DNA from: Okeania sp.
GTDB lineage: Bacteria > Cyanobacteriota > Cyanobacteriia > Cyanobacteriales > Microcoleaceae
Assembly: GCF_035285525.1 (NCBI RefSeq)
Contig: NZ_JAYKGW010000020.1
Span: 1 to 17,110 of the forward strand
Length of the DNA: 17,110 bases
Reading direction: 5' to 3'
Made by a program: the position numbers and the translations under genes. This document shows positions 14,031 to 17,110 of this stretch, piece after piece (the stretch's first letter is position 1; each line of letters starts with the position of its first letter). The notes beneath the pieces were generated by a model. That model had not been told where the DNA came from and ran no database searches. It saw only the letters and a list, made by a program, of their open reading frames with translations.

Positions 14031-15128
14031 ATGATAAATTTAGATCAAATACCACAGGAACTATCAATTAATGTCAATCTATTATTACAATTTTTAGCTA
14101 TTGGAGTCTTAGTAATGATTACTATTCTAGGGATTCGTAAGCTACCTGCATTAATGGGAAACATATTATCTACAGAAATTTATCAAGTATATAAAACTGT
14201 TATATCCCCAAATAAATCATTAATTGGAATAGTAATCGCTCTAGCAATTTCGGAGATCATTCTTTTAGCTGTCACACCATATTCTGAAGCTTTTATTGTA
14301 GAAATAATCTTGAGTTTAATCCTAACTATTACCACTAGCTGGTTAGGTTTTAAATTAACTCAACAATTTTTTGATATCTACTTAATAGAAGCAGCATTTA
14401 GAAGTGATCGTAAAGCTAATAGTGACCTATTTATAGTAGGTAAATTTTTAGCGAATTTTGTTATTATTGTTCTAGCTATTATCATTTTTGCTCAAACTCA
14501 CCAAGTTAATGTATTTGGTTTAATTGCTAGTTTAGGAATAGGAGGTGTAGCAGTTGCTTTTGCTTCCCAAAGTACCCTAAGTCAATTACTTGGTGGAATT
14601 GTTCTTTATATAGATAGACCTTTTATAATTGATGACTATATTGGTCTTCCTGATGGTACTTTTGGCAGAGTAGAATCCATTGGTTTACGGTCTACTAAAA
14701 TTCGATCTTCTGGTAAAGGTACATTAGTTATTATTCCTAATAGCTCTCTAACACAGGTAAGTATTGAAAACTTTTCGGCAGCAAAGAAAGTTATGTCTAT
14801 GTTATACTTGACATTTTATCGTTATGTAGATATTGAAGAGCAAGCATTAATTCGCCAAGTTATCTTAACAAGTACCAGTGACATATCTGGTATCGATCCG
14901 CGTAATACTGATATTACTTTTAAAGATGCACAAAGTTCTGCTTCTCAGGATATAACTCAAGCCCAGATTACATTTTTTATTTTAGGTTCTGGCAAAGTAT
15001 CTATGAATTTACGTCGTCAAATGTTGGATAATGCTAGTCAAAGAATTACTTTGAAGTTGAAGGAATATGGTATTGCTTTTGATATAGATCAACCCAGTAT
15101 ATATGTCGATTCACCAATTACGGTCTAA
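14031..15128 (+). CDS. MscS-family mechanosensitive ion channel, paralog 1
   Basis: 365-aa ORF with multiple N-terminal TM helices. The pore-lining TM3 and beta-domain signature is GIGGVAVAFASQSTLSQLLGGIVLYIDRPFIIDDYI...GRVESIGLRSTKIRSSGKGTLVIIPNSSL. Confidence 0.92.
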   Translation: MINLDQIPQELSINVNLLLQFLAIGVLVMITILGIRKLPALMGNILSTEIYQVYKTVISPNKSLIGIVIALAISEIILLAVTPYSEAFIVEIILSLILTITTSWLGFKLTQQFFDIYLIEAAFRSDRKANSDLFIVGKFLANFVIIVLAIIIFAQTHQVNVFGLIASLGIGGVAVAFASQSTLSQLLGGIVLYIDRPFIIDDYIGLPDGTFGRVESIGLRSTKIRSSGKGTLVIIPNSSLTQVSIENFSAAKKVMSMLYLTFYRYVDIEEQALIRQVILTSTSDISGIDPRNTDITFKDAQSSASQDITQAQITFFILGSGKVSMNLRRQMLDNASQRITLKLKEYGIAFDIDQPSIYVDSPITV

Positions 15129-15219
15129 TACAAAGCTTATTGGTAGTAGACTGATATAACTAAAAATTTAAGCTCTTGTAGAACGATAGTTAAACTCAAA
15201 AAACTTCCGTAGGAGATAC

Positions 15220-15242
15220 TAATAACTGATAACTGAAATGAC
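15220..15242 (+). repeat. Heptamer array TAATAAC TGATAAC TGAAATG AC, the 3' module of the composite repeat family
   Basis: The same ...CTGATAACTGAAATGAC string occurs at 5065..5079 and 5505..5521. Confidence 0.7.
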
Positions 15243-15430
15243 TCCCTGAAAACCGCAAAACAACTTCTTCAGCAAACCCTAAATTAGTTTTAAATAAGCA
15301 GCATTAATAGATAATAAGTAGTAGAAGCAAATATAGCAATCTGTGCATAGGTTGTGACAAATCAAAAAGTAGATAAAAAAACTGATAGTCTGACCGAATA
15401 ATTAAATAATTAAATAATTCGCACCTTGAA

Positions 15431-15527
15431 GCCTCCCCTTTAAAAGAGAAAAAGCGGTCGTTAGCGCAGCTTCCCGTAGGGAGAGATGGCGAGGTCTCCT
15501 CCCCATCTCTAATCGACCAAGAGAAAG
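15431..15527 (+). repeat. Partial composite repeat with a GCGGTCG...CGACC hairpin module (copy 4)
   Basis: GCCTCCCCTTTAAAAGAGAAAAAGCGGTCG...AATCGACCAAGAGAAAGTAA parallels 4900..4977. The inner 8-bp stem is AGAGATGG(15482..15489)/CCATCTCT(15503..15510). Confidence 0.65.
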
Positions 15528-15699
15528 TAAATTTTTTCCTTTTATTCAATTATCTCCCTTTTTTGGCTCTGCTTTATAAACATCTTTCTTAATATAAAAC
15601 TTGACAAAAATAACAAGTTATGGGTAAGTCTCTCAAAGACTTTTTTGGCAGAAAATAGTATTAAAAAATACATTTTTTTGATAGATGTAGACAAAATTC

Positions 15700-15725
15700 T
15701 TCCTCCCCTTCCTCCCCTTCCTCCC
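15700..15725. repeat. 9-bp tandem repeat TTCCTCCCC, about 3 units
   Basis: Units at 15700..15708, 15709..15717 and 15718..15725. It is a polypurine GGGGAGGAA repeat on the minus strand. Confidence 0.8.
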
Positions 15726-15878
15726 ATAAGGGTTTCAGGAGTTCCTTATAAGGGATAGCTTTTAGGGAGAGGTAATTATTAATTATCCATTATTAAAATG
15801 TTCTCAGTTAAGCCTTCCCAGTTAAGCTTTCCCTAAAAATAGTAAGATTTTCATACACAAATAAAATAGGATTCCTAT

Positions 15879-17018
15879 ATGTTTTTATTAAATATAAATA
15901 ACCAAATAGATCAGATACTTACTTCTTTGGATGATACTAGCATTCCTAAATATTTAATTTTTCTTGTCTTCGCTTTGGGAGCTATCTTAATAGGAAGATA
16001 TACATCAGTAATATTGAGTATAATTATTAAAAATTTTCTTCCAGATGCAGAGCAAAGAATTATCAATAATTTTCTCGATCCTCTAAAAGAACCTCTTCAA
16101 CTTGCTGGAACTTGTTTATTAATTTCTCTATCCTCAGCTTGGTTACAAGAATACAAAGAACTCTATAATTTCTTTCATCCAATTATTATTTTTTCTGTAG
16201 TTGCTAGTTTAGCATGGTTAGCTTCTCGAATATTTCGTCAAGTTGTGAGAATATATGGAATTGAAATTCTGCGGAAATCTGGCTTAGAAGTTGATGAGTT
16301 ACTGTTAGTTTTTGAAGCGGTTGTCAACATAATAATTGGATTTATTGCTGTAATAGCTTATGCACAAAGTCAGCAGTTTCCATTAACAGGTTTATTAGCG
16401 GGTGTATCTATTGGTGGGGTTGCCATTAGTTTTGCTGCTTCTAAAACTTTGGAGCAATTGTTTGGTACTGTTGTGTTATATTTAGACCGTCCATTTGTTC
16501 CTGGAGATTATATTCGTTTCTCCCTAACATCTGGTTATACTCCTCCAGAGGGTGAAACTTATGGTAGGGTGGAATCTATTGGTCTACGGTCTACCAAGAT
16601 TAGAGTGGCAGCTACGGGTACTTTAGGTATTGTTCCTAATAATCAATTAGCTAATACAGCAATTTTGAATGTTACTCGTGGTAAGAAAGTAATGGTTTTA
16701 CTATATTTAGATTTTATTAAACAATTAACAGAACGAGAAAAAGCGTTAGTTCAACAGGTTGTTAAAAATAGTACAGATTCATTATATGGTATTGACCCAG
16801 GTAGTACGAAAATATTTGTATTTGACCATGAAACTACAGAGAAAAGTCGTGCTAGAGTAACATTCTTTATTTTAGGTTCTAGTGAAAATTCTATTGAGTT
16901 AAGGAAGCAACTATTAGAAATTGCTAATAATAATTTTTCTAAGGAACTGAAGAAGTTTGGTATAGAGTTTAATATGCAAGAACCAAATATTTATGTTGAT
17001 TCTCCAGTTACTATTTAG
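15879..17018 (+). CDS. MscS-family mechanosensitive ion channel, paralog 2
   Basis: 379-aa ORF. GGVAISFAASKTLEQLFGTVVLYLDRPFVPGDYI...GRVESIGLRSTKIRVAATGTLGIVPNNQL. The C-terminus KFGIEFNMQEPNIYVDSPVTI parallels EYGIAFDIDQPSIYVDSPITV in paralog 1. Confidence 0.92.
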   Translation: MFLLNINNQIDQILTSLDDTSIPKYLIFLVFALGAILIGRYTSVILSIIIKNFLPDAEQRIINNFLDPLKEPLQLAGTCLLISLSSAWLQEYKELYNFFHPIIIFSVVASLAWLASRIFRQVVRIYGIEILRKSGLEVDELLLVFEAVVNIIIGFIAVIAYAQSQQFPLTGLLAGVSIGGVAISFAASKTLEQLFGTVVLYLDRPFVPGDYIRFSLTSGYTPPEGETYGRVESIGLRSTKIRVAATGTLGIVPNNQLANTAILNVTRGKKVMVLLYLDFIKQLTEREKALVQQVVKNSTDSLYGIDPGSTKIFVFDHETTEKSRARVTFFILGSSENSIELRKQLLEIANNNFSKELKKFGIEFNMQEPNIYVDSPVTI

Positions 17019-17110
17019 GGTTCATTTTTAGAGAGATAATGGGTTTTGACAGGAATATTTAAAAAAAAAAGGAAAGAGTAATTAGGGTTTGTTAAAAAAG
17101 TCTATTAGTA

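Noticed and set aside
15304-15727. Minus-strand ORFs 15304..15549 and 15542..15727 between the MscS genes
   Set aside because: The first spans the GCGGTCG...CGACC hairpin repeat. The N-terminus of the second, GGRGGRGGR, is just the translated 9-bp TTCCTCCCC tandem repeat. Neither has an RBS or coding-like composition.
1-17110. Search for tRNA, rRNA, a riboswitch, a retron/DGR reverse transcriptase, a toxin-antitoxin pair or a defence-island gene
   Set aside because: I found no cloverleaf-compatible GTTCGAATC-type T-arm, no rRNA-like conserved blocks, and no RT, nuclease, ATPase or toxin-like ORFs apart from the dead tnpB. By-eye scanning cannot exclude small structured RNAs.

Overview
This is an AT-rich chromosomal segment with the hallmarks of a filamentous (Nostocales-type) cyanobacterium. 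It has 8 copies of the HIP1 octamer GCGATCGC, STRR-like heptamer arrays, and intergenic regions packed with MITE-like repeats.

The left 3.5 kb is a three-deep transposon nest:
- A decayed tnpB-only IS200/IS605-type element on the minus strand is the outermost layer.
- It is split by a decayed IS630-family element (244..2335, plus strand).
- That element is in turn split by a 930-bp IS5-family (IS1031-like) element (1171..2100, minus strand) with perfect 21-bp TIRs and a TTA target duplication.

The rest carries ordinary-looking genes:
- an S41 C-terminal processing protease (3519..4820, -)
- a membrane-anchored conserved hypothetical (6070..6873, +)
- an orphan 92-aa ORF (7591..7869, -)
- a membrane-anchored serine hydrolase with a class-A beta-lactamase fold (8776..10179, -)
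- TrmJ-type tRNA 2'-O-methyltransferase (10910..11662, -)
- a HAD-IIB hydrolase (11994..12788, -)
- a small Cys-rich protein (13011..13214, +)
- two tandem MscS-family channel paralogs (14031..15128 and 15879..17018, +)

I found no tRNA, rRNA, CRISPR array, cas gene, or obvious multi-gene defence or biosynthetic cluster. The best candidates for undescribed biology are non-coding:
- an IS630-derived MITE nested inside another MITE
- a modular hairpin-plus-heptamer repeat family with 3-4 copies
- a 75-bp tandem array ending in a perfect 15-bp-stem terminator
- 73-bp repeats carrying a 14-bp palindrome upstream of the beta-lactamase-fold gene

All calls come from manual translation and by-eye motif recognition. 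No database search was run.
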